DNA of 52,896 bases. Source: Folioceros fuciformis. Its lineage: Eukaryota. Each line of letters begins with the position of its first letter. The stretch's first letter is position 1. The stretch is from NCBI GenBank assembly GCA_049999805.1, contig JBNGIO010005683.1:41285-94180 (forward strand), written 5' to 3'. Below the pieces are notes generated by a model, which searched no databases, was not told where the DNA came from, and saw only the letters and a program-made list of their open reading frames with translations. A program made the translations under genes and the position numbers. This document shows, one piece after another, positions 49,966-52,896 of this stretch.

Positions 49966-51076
49966 CGGGGCTTGAGCCGGGGGCCAGGGCCAGGCTCTTG
50001 CAGAGGCAGGAAGTGAGGGCGTGGGGAAGGTTTCTGTCTCGAAGTCCCAAGGGCAAAGGCGACTCGGCTCCTCGGTGTTGGATTCAACATTCGTCAGTGA
50101 TTTGGCGCTGGTCTCACAATCACCGGAACAACGGTGGGAACCTGGCTCCGCTGGAGAGCTGGATCCGGCCATGAGATCGGTTCTAGCTTCCCAACCGAGC
50201 TAATGGAGCCAGTGTCTGGTTGGCTACCAGCCAGATCAAAAAACGCGGAGGCTTTTGTGGGGAAAAGGACCAGGACCTCGGAAGATCCATTAGCAAGGTG
50301 TAAGCGGCAGGATCAGATTGCTGTGGCCAAAGCAAGGAAAGCCCTGAACAATGTGGTTCAGCGGATGGCCATGGACATAACGTCCCCGGAAGGAAAAAAG
50401 GTCAAAGTGGTGGAAGAGCAGAGGGGTGGATACCGGATGCAAAGGAAGGGCTCTAGCGGTGAGATGATGGCTCCCTTGGTAGGGGGTGGGAATCGCAGTA
50501 CTGAGGAGAGAAAGAGCGCCAGGGAGGTAGAAAATGGTTCAGTCAGTCTGACAAAAGAGTTGTCTGATGGCAGAAGCCCCATCATGCGTGAGAACACAGT
50601 TTATGCTTCTGAGAACGACCTGTTCTCAACTCCATGCGCAGACGATGATGAAGAGGGTGAACCTGTCTGGCATGAGGTCCAGGCTGTTTTTTCAGGGGAT
50701 GAAGGATGTGTTTCTCCAAGTCGCTCATGGGAGAAGAGCCGGGATCAGGATATGAAGGTGAAACAAGGGTGCTACGCGTATGGGCAGGAGAATCCTAGAG
50801 TGACGAGTGGGCAGGGAAGTAGGACGCCAGAAAATGTAACTAAGCGGAAAGGCAAACCTTGCTCGGTTCACCTTACGGTGACTGAGGAAGATTCAGGACA
50901 CTTACTCGTACTTGGTTAAGTTAGGAGACGAGGGAGAGCTGCTTCCTATCCTCATTCCAGTGCAGCACCTTCACTTAGGGCAGGAAAGGATTTTTGCAGC
51001 ATTGTCATCCGGAGGTGTTCTTGCGAACAAGGAAGGCAAGGAGGTGGAGTTCTTCAGTGGGGGTATATTAGACGGG

Positions 51077-51285
51077 GAGCATTACTTTGCTGATATCCAT
51101 CTAAAAACCGAGTGGAGGTGTTTAGGGTGGAGGTGGTCCCTAGACGTGCCGTGGGAGAAAAATGGTACTTGGATCCCACGGGTGAGCATTACTTTGCTGA
51201 TATCCGTCTAAAAACCGAGTGGAGGTGTTTAGGGTGGAGGTGGTCCTTAGACGTGCCGTGGGAGAAAAATGGTACTTGGATCCCA
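51077..51285. repeat. 107-bp near-perfect tandem duplication
   Basis: gagcattactttgctgatatcc...ggtacttggatccca at 51077 and 51184. Confidence 0.9.
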
Positions 51286-52733
51286 ATGATAGCAGTGGGA
51301 GATCCTGATAGGTTCATAAGAGATGGGGGCAGAAAGAGTTCTCCTGTCATAAAAAAAATTTGAACAACTTCAAAGAATATCCCTTGACCTTAAAGCTAAT
51401 AACCAGCTGCCTCGGTCTAGGCTCAAGTCTGGGGTTAGGGAGCAGAAGCTTTTCCTTCCAGGTAGAATAGAATGGGTAGCAGCCAGAGTAGAAGCTTTTC
51501 CTTCCACGTAGAACAGAATGGGTGGCAGCCAGAGCAGAAGTTGTAAACAATGGAGGACAATCAACTCAGTGAGTATCAGTAACCTGAGGAGGTGTGTCCA
51601 TTACTGTTCACCTGGAACACACTCACAATATCTTGGAGACGGGCCATGATGAAGGTGGAAGGTTTGTGTGGCTGGTGATGCAAACACCCCAAGGCTCACT
51701 TGGCATATGTAACATCTATGCCCCCAATGCTGCCACCGAAAGGAGCAATCTCTGGTGCAGGTTGGGGGAACATGTGGATGAGCAAATCCCTTGGATGCTG
51801 GCTGGGGATTTCATTTTTGTTGAAAGACGGAAAGATATCCAAGGGGAGAGCCCTGTAGATATTCGGTATATTTGGCAAGAACTAAGAGATACTGTCTTGG
51901 CTGTTCAGGACCCATGGTTAGCCCTCCCATTGCATCATCACAATCCTTGAAGTCCAACTAGACTGACCAACAATAGCAGAATTTGGGAGCGCGCAGACTT
52001 AGACAGGTTCTATGTTCCTTCTGGGTGGATGGCTTGTGTGCAGGCATACAGTATTCTCGTTGGTACAATCCTATCTAACCATCATCCAATTAGCCTGCAC
52101 TTGAGGCTTGCACCGGACTCATGGTGGCAAAGTAGACAGATGCAAAACTTTCGGATGAACACATCCTTGCTCAAGGAGAAGGGGGTGTTTGAGGAGGTCA
52201 AAAACATCTGGTAGGGAATAGAACAGGGGGAAGAGCCTACTGTCTCCAGGTTGATCTGGGCTAACAGCGAAGCAACTAGATACTTAGGAGGCGGGGGGTC
52301 CAACGGGTGAAGGAGTTGCGTCAACAGGAATGCTTTTGGAGAGAGGAACTAAGCTAGTTGCAAAGGAAAGGGGAGAAGCGAGACTTCACAATCGAGGAAG
52401 CAACCCGGAAAACGGAGGTAGAATGCGTGTTGGCCAAGTTGAAAGAAGACAGAGCCAGAGGCTGGTTTAAAAAGGCTAAGGTCAAATGGGTGAGGGAAGG
52501 GGATGGCCCGTCTAAGTTCTTCTTCCATAAGGAGGCTGCTAACCTACATAGGTTGAGAATTCCTGCTCTTCCATACGCCCAAGGAGTGATGCAAGAGTCA
52601 CTGGAAGGTTTAAAAAGCTCATTACCCTCTTCTTTGTGGGTATTTTTTCGAGTGTAGAGGAATACCTAACATGCTAGGGTTAGCTATTAAATAGCCAGGC
52701 ATTTATTTTAAATTGTTAAGTAAGCGAACGGTT

Positions 52734-52793
52734 GTAGGTAGGAAACACCATAGCGTTTCATACGTAGGTAGGAAACACCATAGCGTTTCATAC
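52734..52793. repeat. 30-bp perfect tandem duplication
   Basis: gtaggtaggaaacaccatagcgtttcatac x2. Confidence 0.9.
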
Positions 52794-52896
52794 AGTCATG
52801 GCCAATGACGATTAGGTTCACGCCTTCGTGAACAACTGCAACACTTCATGCGCGCGACCCAAAAGGGTCTCACGGCCACAAATTTAATTCATTCTT

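Larger units (their letters stand above)
44931..52670 (+). mobile_element. Degenerate L1-type LINE: ORF1 (DUF4283-like + CCHC knuckle), long expanded tail, APE endonuclease and linker; breaks off before RT
   Basis: WVSLPTLP...IGRVV and CGVCGVHNHLKQSCP (45830-45885). Endonuclease motifs NIYAPN, WMLAGDF, LDRFYV, SNHHPI (51600-52100). Linker KAKVKWVREGDGPSKFFF (52470-52530). No YADD within the window. Confidence 0.85.

Overview
Eukaryotic nuclear DNA from a land plant. The gene-dense GC-rich exons, 70-200 bp GT-AG introns and PLS-type PPR with lengthened L motifs suggest a non-seed plant such as a hornwort or fern (inference, no database search). 1-16.5 kb is gene-rich: the 3' part of an HxxxD CoA-dependent acyltransferase/condensation-fold gene, an intronless PLS-E+ PPR editing factor without DYW, and an old ~4-4.7 kb tandem duplication (6025-10773 / 10773-14871). 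Copy 1 keeps an apparently intact, LRR-less NB-ARC gene resembling the rice RLS1 (NB-ARM) family but ending right after a degenerate MHD. Copy 2 carries its pseudogene plus the 3' exons of an intact membrane/coiled-coil gene with a predicted 11-nt microexon. 17-29 kb is a decayed Ty1/copia element interrupted by two unrelated segments, plus minisatellites. 31-38 kb holds two paralogous 3-exon 2-oxoglutarate dioxygenases, one of which has lost its Fe-binding His and 2OG-binding Arg, flanking an atypical PI3/4-kinase-like ORF with a DRHHGH catalytic loop. 40-53 kb is nested copia elements and a degenerate L1-type LINE with a greatly expanded, internally duplicated ORF1 region. Four N-gaps limit interpretation. 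No rRNA, tRNA or CRISPR was found. All family assignments rest on motif recognition.
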